Below, piece after piece: positions 13,747 through 25,698 of a stretch of 64,000 nt of DNA. Each line of letters begins with the position of its first letter. Within the stretch, counting starts at the first letter, position 1. Source of the DNA: Octopus bimaculoides (taxonomy: Eukaryota). The translations under genes and the position numbers were made by a program. Where the stretch lies: the NCBI RefSeq assembly GCF_001194135.2, contig NC_068989.1, forward strand, positions 17,075,280-17,139,279. Reading direction: 5' to 3'. The notes beneath the pieces were generated by a model. It was given only the letters and a program-made list of their open reading frames with translations. It searched no databases and was not told the origin of the DNA.

Positions 13747-13915
13747 GGTGATGAACTGGTAGAATCGTTAGCACGCCGGGAGAAATGCTTAGCGGTATTT
13801 TGACCGCTTTTACCTTCTGAGTTCAAATTCCGCCGAGGTCGACTTTGCCATTCATCCTTTCGATATCAATAAAGTAAGTTTCAGTTGAGCACTGGGAACG
13901 GTGTAATCGACTTAT
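13747..13915 (+). mobile_element. SINE family B copy
   Basis: gaactggtagaatcgttagcacgccggg...ctgagttcaaattccgccgaggtcgactttgcc. Confidence 0.85.
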
Positions 13916-14721
13916 GCAAAGAATAACGAAGCAAACAAGCCTCGATTTATTTCTTAATGTTTGGAGTTAAGCAAAAACAGCCTCCTCATTGTGGTTCCTA
14001 ATTAGGGACACTGTAGTAAACTATACCACACTGTGGTATGTACATACAGCCAGCTCGGCAAGGAGGCTGCATGCTTATCTCTCCCTTAAATCAAACAAAA
14101 CATCTTAACAGTGGTACATTTGATGTGTTTCTAGAAACAGCATGGTTGAATAAAAGACTTTTAGGGCAGGAATAAATTTGATCTGGATTGACTTGCAACA
14201 AAACATAAACATTGACTAATTTAAAGATGCGTGAATTGAATTGTTGTTAGCTTGACAGTCTAGTGTCTTGGCTATGGGCAAAATATAGACATCCAGGAGT
14301 TCGATCATCGAGATGATCTGCCCATTAGACTAGGGTACCAAGTGGCTGAGTACTTTACAGATGCGTATACCTTTATAGTAATTCTGAGGTACTCCATTCT
14401 ATAAAGTTTCTGTCTACCCAAATTTATTCATAAGGTTTTAGTTGACACGAAACTATTGAAAATACCTCGCAGAGTGATTGAGCTCAGGGGCGGCCATGAC
14501 TGCTTCCTGCATCTACTTGCAGTTGGTCATGGGCACACTACAGTGAACTATATTCACACTGTGGTGGTTACTTACAGTTAAGTGGACAGGTGTATTTCGG
14601 TTATAAGCATAATACCAAGGGGCTCAGTCGTCACGTGCAAGCCAAATTTCAGTGACCTTACATGCATATTATATTAAACGCTAAGAATAAAAATTTGTGT
14701 TATACCAAATATATGTCATAT

Positions 14722-15148
14722 AAAATACATACGTTACTAAAGTGACAAAGAGCACTAATGAGCACCAGTATTGCTAGAAATAAGTGTCAAAACAACTCAA
14801 CAGCTACAGCAAACACTATCTTAATGACTGACATGGGAGGTAATCTCTGTACGGTAGCAGATATAGCCAGAACATCGATGAGTGCCACCGATGAGTGCCA
14901 CCGATGAGTGCCACCGATGAGTGCCACCGATGAGTGCCACCGATGAGTGCCACCGATGAGTATTACGATGCGAGCATCAAAGTGCGAAATCATCGATGAT
15001 CTGGCTATATCTGCTACTGTAAGGAACTTACTTCCCTTGTCAGTCATGAAGATAGTGCCTGCTGTGGCTATTGAGTATTTTGACTCTTATTTTTAGCAAT
15101 ACTGGTGTTAATTAATGCCCGTTGTCACTTTAGTGACATGTATATTTT
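14722..15148. mobile_element. Foldback/MITE-like element: about 155-bp imperfect inverted arms around a 13-bp tandem array
   Basis: Left arm ttactaaagtgac...gtagcagatatagccagaacatcgatga pairs with right arm tcatcgatgatctggctatatctgctac...gtcactttagtga. Centre is (CGATGAGTGCCAC)x6.6 at 14876-14961. Confidence 0.8.
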
Positions 15149-15150
15149 TA

Positions 15151-15395
15151 AAGAATAAAAAGTTTAGAATGGTACAACAATGCACTATAGAACAAAAAAA
15201 AAAATGGACTATATACCTGTTGTAATTTGGTTATCTATAGTCCGATGATATTTCGGAACTCCAGCTAAGAAGATCTGAAGAAGAAATTGTAATTCCGAAA
15301 TATCACCGGACTATAGATAACCAAATTACAAGAGGCATATAGTCCATTTTTTGTTCTATAGTGCATTGTTGTACCATTCTAAACTTTTTATTCTT
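15151..15395. mobile_element. Near-perfect inverted-repeat element (about 105-bp arms, about 34-nt spacer) flanked by TA
   Basis: AAGAATAAAAAGTTTAGAATGG...TTTCGGAA (to 15258) versus TTCCGAAA (from 15293)...CCATTCTAAACTTTTTATTCTT; TA at 15149-15150 and 15396-15397. Confidence 0.85.
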
Positions 15396-15656
15396 TACAA
15401 ACAATACACAATGCTTCAAGCGAACTACAATACTCTCCTATGAATATTTTTGCTTTTAGGTTGTAAAATTGCGAATAGCCACCCATATTATTTATAATGT
15501 TATAAAAAATATATCTACCTAGTATTAAATATAGTAATAAAATGTCCATTTTATCGATTTCCATTTTCCATTTATATTTCGAAGACACCAAGCATTTAAC
15601 GAGACGCATCCAGGCCCATGAATGACACCCTGGGCGACTTTCCGAGTTGATGTTAC

Positions 15657-15839
15657 CTTCACCCAGCCCTGCACAATACAGTGAACTGTCCGGCAGTTCT
15701 CTGTATAATGTTAAGTGGACTGAACCATTAACAGTCTGACTTTTAAGTATCTCATTCATAGACATTGCAGCCGGATATAAATCTCTAATCTGTCGACATC
15801 GTTGCTGGCTCGGCCAGCATTTTGCAAAGTGAAAATATT
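15657..15839 (-). CDS. Orphan internal coding exon candidate (YFHFAKCWPSQQRCRQIRDLYPAAMSMNEILKSQTVNGSVHLTLYRELPDSSLYCAGLGE)
   Basis: Long polypyrimidine acceptor ctgtatctctcctgttaatttttatcatcgtcattag| and donor GAAG|GTAACA. 183 nt, phase 1-1, open. Product not recognised. Confidence 0.45.
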
Positions 15840-16471
15840 CTAATGACGATGATAAAAATTAACAGGAGAGATACAGAGAAATACAAGGGAAATATGAGAG
15901 AAATATATAGACAAATAAGACTGAGTGGACAATAGTAATAGAGATAGGCAACAATTTTGAAAGATAGATAGATAAATAGTGAGAGAGAGAGAGAGAGAGA
16001 GACAGAGTGCGAGTGAGAGTGAGAGAGAAAAAGATAGAGCGAGAAAAACAGAGAGGAAGGTAACAAGAGATAGAGTGGTGGACGAGAGGGGAACTGAGTG
16101 AAATAAAGCGTGTGTATAAGTGTGACACTGTGTGTTTCTGTGCGTATATTTGTGTATATGTCTGTGTGAGTGCATGTAGAAGTGTATGTGTATATGTGTC
16201 TGCCCGTTAGTGCGCATGCGCGTGTGAATATATATCTATGAAAAGGAAAGTCTGGAATGTTCTATGGAGCAATGCTCAATTTAAATAACACTAAAATGGC
16301 TAATGACAGGAAATATTAAAGGATGAGTGAAAAGTTCAGGATTTTTATAAAAGGGTAAATTTAGTGTGGGCATATGTATGTATATGTGCGTGTGTGTATG
16401 TATGTATATATGTATGTATGTATGTGTGAGCGTGCGTGTGCAAATAAAATTTACATACATACATTCATACA

Positions 16472-16513
<42 letters not shown>

Positions 16514-16554
16514 CACACATGCACACACATAAATCTGCGCACATACATACATAC

Positions 16555-16591
<37 letters not shown>

Positions 16592-17950
16592 ATATCCCGG
16601 TGTTTTATATGTTCTGCAAGTGACTTGATTTGAGACCGTTGATTGCGACTGAAACAATTACATCGTAGAAGAGGCTTTCCAGCCATTTATTAACACAAAA
16701 ACTTACATATTCACTCTTCGTTAATTCTTAATAACACTGATTATTATAAAACGTCAATAAACTACGTTGTGCTTTTATAACTAGACAGTATAACTCTTCT
16801 TCTGTGTGTGTTTCAACACTGGGAAAAATCAGGGTACACGTTATCGGCGATACTTTTCAACAGTGTGACTGTCTCTGTATTGGGCTTCCGAGAGAAATTT
16901 TGCAAGAAAGTATAATCCGCCTTTGGACAACGGTATCAGGGGTCCGAAAGTGTTGTCTATGAATTTTATTTCCTTGAGCGAAGAGCCGATACTACCATTT
17001 CCATAGCCACAGCCACTAATACTATCATATATATNNNNNNNNNNNNNNNNNNNNNNNNNNNNNNNNNNNNNNNNNNNNNNNNNNNNNNNNNNNNNNNNNN
17101 NNNNNNNNNNNNNNNNNNNNNNNNNNNNNNNNNNNNNNNNNNNNNNNNNNNNNNNNNNNNNNNNNNNNNNNNNNNNNNNNNNNNNNNNNNNNNNNNNNNN
17201 NNNNNNNNNNNNNNNNNNNNNNNNNNNNNNNNNNNNNNNNNNNNNNNNNNNNNNNNNNNNNNNNNNNNNNNNNNNNNNNNNNNNNNNNNNNNNNNNNNNN
17301 NNNNNNNNNNNNNNNNNNNNNNNNNNNNNNNNNNNNNNNNNNNNNNNNNNNNNNNNNNNNNNNNNNNNNNNNNNNNNNNNNNNNNNNNNNNNNNNNNNNN
17401 NNNNNNNNNNNNNNNNNNNNNNNNNNNNNNNNNNNNNNNNNNNNNNNNNNNNNNNNNNNNNNNNNNNNNNNNNNNNNNNNNNNNNNNNNNNNNNNNNNNN
17501 NNNNNNNNNNNNNNNNNNNNNNNNNNNNNNNNNNNNNNNNNNNNNNNNNNNNNNNNNNNNNNNNNNNNNNNNNNNNNNNNNNNNNNNNNNNNNNNNNNNN
17601 NNNNNNNNNNNNNNNNNNNNNNNNNNNNNNNNNNNNNNNNNNNNNNNNNNNNNNNNNNNNNNNNNNNNNNNNNNNNNNNNNNNNNNNNNNNNNNNNNNNN
17701 NNNNNNNNNNNNNNNNNNNNNNNNNNNNNNNNNNNNNNNNNNNNNNNNNNNNNNNNNNNNNNNNNNNNNNNNNNNNNNNNNNNNNNNNNNNNNNNNNNNN
17801 NNNNNNNNNNNNNNNNNNNNNNNNNNNNNNNNNNNNNNNNNNNNNNNNNNNNNNNNNNNNNNNNNNNNNNNNNNNNNNNNNNNNNNNNNNNNNNNNNNNN
17901 NNNNNNNNNNNNNNNNNNNNNNCACACATATATATATATATATACATATA

Positions 17951-18113
17951 TACGACGGGCTTCTTTCAGTTTCCGTCTACCAAATCCACTCACAAGGCTT
18001 TGGTCGGCCCGAGGCTATAGTAGAAGACACTTGCCCAAGGTGCCACGCAGTGGGACTGAACCCGGAACCATGTGGTTGGTAAGCAAGCTACTTACCACAC
18101 AGCCACTCCTGCG
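17951..18113 (-). mobile_element. SINE family A, 5' half (runs into a gap)
   Basis: Reverse complement of the family A head; near-identical to 48555-48714. Confidence 0.9.
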
Positions 18114-18329
18114 TCAAAACACAAAAAAAACAAATATTGCATAAGATCGTCGAAAATTGCAACGGGTGACAACTCGTATCTAAACTGAAGTGGTGATATT
18201 ACAACTCTTTTTTTTTTTCCAAACAGTTCTACTAATCTCTCCCCTCTTTCTCTCTCCAATAGCACGCCCTTCTTACCTTCAGAGTTTGCCAAGCGGCACG
18301 CTGTGTTCTTGAACATGACACTTTATTTC

Positions 18330-18550
18330 ACGTTGTACCGGTCCACTCAGCCGGAAAAAAATGAGTTGTACTTATAACTCAAAGGTCCAGTCTTGTCACA
18401 TTCGGTGTGTCACACTGAATCTCTATGAGAACTACGTTAAGGGTATGCGTGTTAGTGGAATGCTCAGCCACGTGCATGTTAATTTCAGGAGCAGGCTGTT
18501 CTGTTGATCCGATCAACTGGAACCTTCATCGTAACCGACGGCGTGCCAGC
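18330..18550 (+). mobile_element. SINE family C, 3' part
   Basis: Similar to the reverse complement of 47140-47330. Confidence 0.75.
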
Positions 18551-18992
18551 TTCTTCAGACAAGTTATTTCAAATATAGGGTTAGTAAAGATGAAGGTGGG
18601 TTTTTACTCGGCTAATCCTATCGCCTGCTGTTCAGGTTAAAAATAAACTTGGCTTCTCATTATTTATTTATAAAATACATTACTGTGGTAGAATACCTGT
18701 TATTGCATAGCCCTTGAGCAGTATTGATCGAACAGAAGCAGATCAATGGTCAAAGGAATTATAGCCGTTTTCATTCTTTCTTTTTGTTGTTTGCAGAGAA
18801 ATCCTTTATCTGTTGGATGAAGGGTCTCTGGTTTCCATGCACACAAAAAAAACCCCGGAAAGATAAGATTTAATGGAGATTTGATCGTTATTTCTAGCAA
18901 GGTGAATGACCACGTAAAAGCTTTCACGTTTGTTCATGGTAGGATATTTATAGGGCAAAGTATAGTGGTAGTAGTAGTAGTAGTAGTAGTAA

Positions 18993-19046
<54 letters not shown>

Positions 19047-19887
19047 CGGTGGTGGCGGCGCCGGTGGTGGCGATAGTCGTAGTTAGTGGTGGTGGCGGAG
19101 GCGAGGGCGGCGGTGGTGATAGTAGTAGTAGTAGTTGTTGGCACTCCGTCNNNNNNNNNNNNNNNNNNNNNNNNNNNNNNNNNNNNNNNNNNNNNNNNNN
19201 NNNNNNNNNNNNNNNNNNNNNNNNNNNNNNNNNNNNNNNNNNNNNNNNNNNNNNNNNNNNNNNNNNNNNNNNNNNNNNNNNNNNNNNNNNNNNNNNNNNN
19301 NNNNNNNNNNNNNNNNNNNNNNNNNNNNNNNNNNNNNNNNNNNNNNNNNNNNNNNNNNNNNNNNNNNNNNNNNNNNNNNNNNNNNNNNNNNNNNNNNNNN
19401 NNNNNNNNNNNNNNNNNNNNNNNNNNNNNNNNNNNNNNNNNNNNNNNNNNNNNNNNNNNNNNNNNNNNNNNNNNNNNNNNNNNNNNNNNNNNNNNNNNNN
19501 NNNNNNNNNNNNNNNNNNNNNNNNNNNNNNNNNNNNNNNNNNNNNNNNNNNNNNNNNNNNNNNTATAAGCAAGAGAGAAAAAAAATTCAGCAAAGGTTAT
19601 GAGTTGGTTTCTTCGAAAGGAAAATAGCGCTCAGGAGCGACCGACCTCAAATCACGTTTCAAATCGTCTGCTGTAATTTCTGGAACAACGACAAACTTGT
19701 CTTTGTGAAGTGTCAACATTGAAATTGGAAGAGGTCGAGGATGTGAATAAGGACAGATGAAATGAATAAAAATGAATACAAAGAGACATTAGTAGAAGCA
19801 GGAAATTTTGTGAAAAACCTTTAATGAGTAATCGTTATATTGACAGGAAGTAAAGATATGTTAAACGAAGCTTTGTAGGTCTGTTAT

Positions 19888-19939
<52 letters not shown>

Positions 19940-20194
19940 TGAATAAGAGTGAAGAGGGGGAGAAAGAGAGTGAGAGAGAGAGAAAGTGGGAGAAGAGACT
20001 TAGGAGAGTGGGAAGGAGTGAACGACAAAAAGAGAGCTGAAGGGCGTATGCTGGCACCATTGAAAATAGGTCGTTTCAAATGAGTAACATTTAAAAGTAT
20101 ATATGGAAGAGGCTTGAATAGACACACGCACACACACATACACACACACGCAAATATATATGTATGTATGTGTGTGTGTGTGTGTGTGTGTGCT

Positions 20195-20232
<38 letters not shown>

Positions 20233-20472
20233 CAAATACATATATATATATATTTAAGCATATATGTTTTACCTTTTACTTGTTTCAGTCATTGGACTAC
20301 GGTCATACTGGGGTACCACCTTGAAGGATTTAGTCGTGCAAATCAACCCCTGCACTTATTTTTTGAATGAGTGATACTTACTCTATCGGACTCTTCTGGC
20401 GAACCGCTAAGTTATCGACACATAAACAAACCGATATCGTTGGTGAAGTGGTTGTGGGAGACAAACACATAA

Positions 20473-21060
20473 ATAGGGCGGCCCAAAAGTCACTGTGGCG
20501 TTGTAATCTTTGATAATTCTTTTATTTTTTTACCTTTTCTTTTTTCTTTTCAGAGATTTTATGGACTAGGTCCCGGAAATTAATTACGGAAAAATATGGC
20601 ACTGCACAACGCATCCAAGTGGTGAAATCGTTCTATCAAAATTAAGGGTCAATTATTCAATCAAAATTAAGGGTTAATTATTCAAATCCAGAGAGCACCA
20701 AAGTGAACAGCATCCATACAGTGTACAGTATGGTGTGCAATTACGGTGGATAACATAATCGGGCCTTATTTCTTTGAGGTCAATGATGGGAATGTGACTG
20801 GTGAGCAGTACAGGTCCATGATCGAGAACTTTTTGCGCCCCGCCATTCAAAATAGGCCCGACATGTGGTTCCAGGTAACTGTTCATACTACAAGAGAGAC
20901 AATACAGTTGCTGAGGCAATATTTTGGAGAAAGAATCATCTACTGCGATGTCACCTGGTCATCGTGTTCCCTAGACTTGACTAGCCCTGACATGTGGGGG
21001 TACCTCAAGGGGACGGTTTATGTCAACAAACAGAAACCCTGGATTAATTGAAGCTACAAC
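20473..21060 (+). mobile_element. Internally deleted Tc1/mariner-superfamily (maT/DD37D-like) transposon relic
   Basis: Left end tagggcggcccaaaagtcact. N-terminal EKYGTAQRIQVVKSFYQN joins the catalytic region TVWCAI..IIGPYFFE..VTGEQYRSMIENFLRP..DMWFQ..W..CSLDLTSPDMWGYLKGTVY. Confidence 0.75.
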
Positions 21061-21554
21061 AGTTTTTCTAGTTTCACAAAAATGGATTTTCGTCACTTTT
21101 ATAATTGGTTATTTAAATAAAGAAATGAACTAAACATGGTGAATGATAGTTGAATATTAAATATTGATTTTGTAGGCGGGTATTTATAATTAATTTGGAA
21201 TCGTGTATGGAAAACGTGTATGTAAACAGAATTAAGAGAAGATAAATTTGTATGTAAACTGAGCAGAAAAACAAGCTCAGGACTGTGGGTTTTATTAAAA
21301 AGCCGTGCGTGTTAAAGCACATCCTAAACTAAATGAAAATTTAATTTAGAGTTACAGCAATTGTAAATTGTGCATGCACGTTAAATATTGATATTTGTCG
21401 TCGGGCGTGGACGCACTTATACATACGTGTGGATACATAATGCTTAAACATATCTTCACAGACATTTATATTTGTGTGTATGTGTGCGTGCGTATGCCTG
21501 TACAGGGAACGCGCGCGCGCTCTCATATATATTCACACAAAATTTTTTAAAAAG

Positions 21555-22452
21555 GTACTGAAACAGTAAAAGAATTCAGGAACAGAACGAAGAACGACAG
21601 GACAAGTATCTTGAAAGAGAAAGAATCGTATGGTCAATTCATACAACAAACCGAACAAGCTGGGAGTAGAGAACGCTGGCTGTGACTGATAAATTGGAAT
21701 CTGAAACGAGAAATTGAATCGCTAATTATAGCCTCTCAGGAACAAACCATTAAAATGAAGTTGATGAAGACAAAAATTGATAAAACTCAGTGAGAGAGAG
21801 AGGAAACGCAGAATGTGTGGAAAAGGAGACGAATGTATGAACCACGACTTAAAAGAATGCAGTTAGTACAGAAATTGGCACATCGTGAATACAAAAGGCA
21901 ACAATACAATGTGGCAAGAATGATCCATTGAGAGCCTTGTGGCAATTATGCCATAGAAAGATCAAAGACGTGATATGACCAAATCCTAAAAGGAGTTACT
22001 GACAGTGTGGATTTTAAAATTCTGTGAAATGCAATTATTCAGTTTGACCATCATATTAAACATTGAAAACCTGACATTATTGTAGTGAACGGAAATGTGC
22101 CTGATAATTGACAAAGCATGTCCTGGTGACAACAGGTTTGAAGTCAAAGAAGAAGAAAAAGTGAACAACTACGATGAACGCAGGTTATGAGCCATGAAGA
22201 GAGTGGACGTGTACCTATAGTAACTGATGCAAATGGAAGTACCAGTACCCAACTACCAACGTGGATCAAAATGACTGGAATAAATGTAAAGATAGAACAC
22301 CTACAAACATCATCATTGTTTGGAACTGCAAGAGTATTCTGCTGGGTTCTTGATGCATGATCAGCAAACGATTTCCATCATACCCAGCAAAATAAGCTGA
22401 GATCCATCATACCCAGCAAAATAAGCTGAGATTTTTTAGGATATAATTATAA
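21555..22452 (+). mobile_element. Decayed R4/Dong-like RLE LINE 3' portion
   Basis: Disrupted translation: YGQFIQQTEQ..LKREIESLIIASQEQTI..KIDKTQ..CRMCGKGDE..KPDIIVV..ACPGDNRFEVKEEEKVNNYDE..LFGTARVF..VLDA*. The 3' UTR has a 29-nt tandem duplication and an AT-rich tail. Confidence 0.85.
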
Positions 22453-23249
22453 TAGTTGTTCTGGGAAGAATCGTTAAAGCGTCGGGCAAAGTGCCCAGCG
22501 AAATCTCTACAGATACTTCACGTTCTGAATTCAAATCTCCTGAATTCAAATGTCTTTCCTCCCAATCAAGTACTGGGTGCCGATGATATCAATCTTGTCC
22601 CCTCAAAACTGCCGTCCAGAATCACTTGAGCGTCGAAAAAAATTCCTTCCGGCATTTGTTCCGGCTATTTACTGGCTGGGTTCAAGCTCCATCTAGGTTA
22701 GCTTTCATCCTTTCAAGGCTGATAAAGTTAAGTTCCAGTCAAATAGTAGGATCGATCGATGGTATTAACAGATGCCTTCCTCTCAAAACTGCCGGCCTTG
22801 TGCCGAAATCGAAACCATTATGATTGCTGCTGTTGCTTTCGTTAGTTGGAACCTTAGAACAGCGTTAACTTATTAGGGAGATACTATTCTCAGTTGCAAC
22901 TATTTTATTCCTTAACTGGAATATATGAAAGCAATCCTAACGCAGGAGGTCACAAGAGAAAATCTGACGTCACTATTGTTACTATGTCAAAAACATAAAC
23001 CATCTTATCCATAAGTTTACTGTTGATGATTTTTATGTTTCAAATACTACGACAAATTTCTAACCTTGAACAAAGTCAACTGATTTTCTTTTTAAGCAAC
23101 TTTATTGCACGTAAGAACTTATATTTGGTATGTATTAAAAAAATTAACGCCATTTGGATAACATATACACTCATATCATATAATTCATTATATTATGAAT
23201 GCATGTATGTATGTATGTTATCAATCAGTTTCATTTCTGTATTTCTTGT

Positions 23250-23521
23250 CCATAGAGAAAGAGCCGGATTCTAACATAAATTCAAGGCTCCTTCATTGGA
23301 ACTTTTATCAACATCATCTAGGTATTTGTGCATATGTGTGTGTGTGTGTACAGTATTTGGTGTTAGTGTATGCGCAGATTTGTATGTTTGTTTTATGGAT
23401 GCGTTTTTATGTATATATTTTCATGTCTAGATGCATGCATATGTATTTATGTGCTAAATTTTTGGAAAGTTTTACATATCTTTACAGCTCCATTGATGGC
23501 TTGAATCTGTAGTCTTCTAAT
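23250..23521 (-). mobile_element. RLE-LINE 3' end (same family as 3150-3228 plus 4255-4440), runs into a gap
   Basis: Encodes IRRLQIQAINGAVKICKTFQKFST*; terminal motif agagaaagagccggattctaac...caaggctcc. Confidence 0.65.
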
Positions 23522-24389
23522 NNNNNNNNNNNNNNNNNNNNNNNNNNNNNNNNNNNNNNNNNNNNNNNNNNNNNNNNNNNNNNNNNNNNNNNNNNNNNNN
23601 NNNNNNNNNNNNNNNNNNNNNNNNNNNNNNNNNNNNNNNNNNNNNNNNNNNNNNNNNNNNNNNNNNNNNNNNNNNNNNNNNNNNNNNNNNNNNNNNNNNN
23701 NNNNNNNNNNNNNNNNNNNNNNNNNNNNNNNNNNNNNNNNNNNNNNNNNNNNNNNNNNNNNNNNNNNNNNNNNNNNNNNNNNNNNNNNNNNNNNNNNNNN
23801 NNNNNNNNNNNNNNNNNNNNNNNNNNNNNNNNNNNNNNNNNNNNNNNNNNNNNNNNNNNNNNNNNNNNNNNNNNNNNNNNNNNNNNNNNNNNNNNNNNNN
23901 NNNNNNNNNNNNNNNNNNNNNNNNNNNNNNNNNNNNNNNCACACACACACACACAGCTGTGCGCGTATGTGGATACTAGGCAGTGGGTGAGAAAAAGGTA
24001 GCACAAGCGTTGAATAGATTAGCACCGAAATAATGCTCGTATTGATGAGATTCTCAAATTCCAACATCTTAATCGGGATAAAGTAGTCCAACAGAACAAG
24101 TGGTTGCTATAACCAGTGCATGGCTCAAGCAAATCTTAAAGACATGCACAAATAATTGTAGGTAGTAGTAATACATTTGTATGAGGGATTACATGTACTT
24201 ATTCATATAATTATCTTCATCTTGCTAGGTGAATATGCATTTGTGACATCCATATAAATGAATTCAGCTCCTCTATAACTGGTTGTCCGTCTTTTGTTTC
24301 TTATGTATGTATGTATGTATGTATGTATGTATGTATGTATGTATGTATGTATCTATGTAGGCGTGCGTATATGCATGTATGTATATATG

Positions 24390-24423
<34 letters not shown>

Positions 24424-24537
24424 TGTATGTATCTATATATCTCTATATTATTTTATACGTACATATTCATATGTACGTATATATGCGCATATATGCGCAT
24501 ATATATGTATACACACATACATGACTGAAGCAAGTAA

Positions 24538-24627
<90 letters not shown>

Positions 24628-25251
24628 GGAAAGAGAGAGAAAGAGAGAGAAAGAGAGGGATAGAGAGGGATGGAGAGGGAGAGAGAGAAGGGAATGAGAG
24701 AGAGAGAGAGAGAGAGGGGGAGAGAGAAAGAGAGAAACATGTGTATGTACCACAATGGCGTGAAATTGTATAAACGTGCCTCATAATCCATATTCTGTGA
24801 ATATGGAATGCACTGTTACCGGTTCACGTACTAAACAATGATATTATTTACGATAGAAATAGAACACCAGGAACAAGCCAAGACCAGGTTAATTCGTAGA
24901 AACATGAGCAGGCTGGAATGTTCAACTAGGTGATGGTGTAGTGAATATCCTTTATCTTTTCTTCATTTCAATTCTTGAGTTGCAGGCATGCTGGGATACT
25001 GCCTTGAAAGATTTCTAGTGGAACAAATCGACCGCAGTAGTTATTTTCAGAATCCGGTAGTTAGTTTCTTTTGCTTCCTCTGACGGGAAAATAAATAAAC
25101 CAACACCAGCTGGTGGGGGACAGACACAAAAACGCGCGGACACATATACATACATACGTACATACATACATACATACATACATACATACATACATACATA
25201 CATACACACATCTATATCTTTTATCTTTTATTTGCAAACCAAATCCGAAAA

Positions 25252-25660
25252 CGCAGGAGTGGCTGTCTGGTAAGTAGCTTGCTTACCGACCGCATGGTTC
25301 CGGGTTCATTCCCACTGCGTGGCACCTTGGGCAAGTGTCTTCTACTATAGCCTCGGGCCGACCAATGCCTTGTGAGTGGATTTGGTAGTCGGAAATTGAA
25401 GGAAGTCCGTCGTATATATGTATTTATATATATGTATGTGTGTCTATATGTTTGTGTGTCTGTGTTTGTCTCCCGCCATCGCTTGACAACCGATGGTGGT
25501 GTGTTTACGTCCCCGTAACTTAGCGGTTTGGCAAAAGAGACCGATCGAATAAGTACTAGGCTTACAAAGAATAAGTCCTGGGGTCGATTTGCTCGACTAA
25601 AGGCGGTGCTCCAGCATGGCCACAGTCAAATGATTGAAACAAGTAAAAGAGAGTAAAGAG
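25252..25660 (+). mobile_element. SINE family A (tRNA-headed, Octopus-type), full length
   Basis: Head GCAGGAGTGGCTGTCTGGTAAG (A box) and GGTTCATTCCC (B box), internal TA/TG tract, 3' end ccagcatggccacagtcaaatgattgaaacaagtaaaaga. Highly similar to 41427-41828. Confidence 0.9.

Positions 25661-25698
<38 letters not shown>

Noticed and set aside
14494-14579. H/ACA-snoRNA-like layout (hairpin, ACACTA, hairpin, ACA)
   Set aside because: The second hairpin is too short and lacks a pocket, ACA is 12 nt from the stem, and it is opposite to the likely host strand. An Rfam/snoReport search would settle it.
14876-14961. CRISPR-like array of 13-bp repeats
   Set aside because: No spacers, repeats too short, eukaryotic context and no cas genes; it is a simple tandem array inside a foldback element.
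15690-15770. PDZ-like or trypsin-like similarity in the 15839-15657 exon (MNEILKS...VHLTLYR; SLYCAGLGEG)
   Set aside because: Only short motifs match; the flanking residues expected for either fold are absent.
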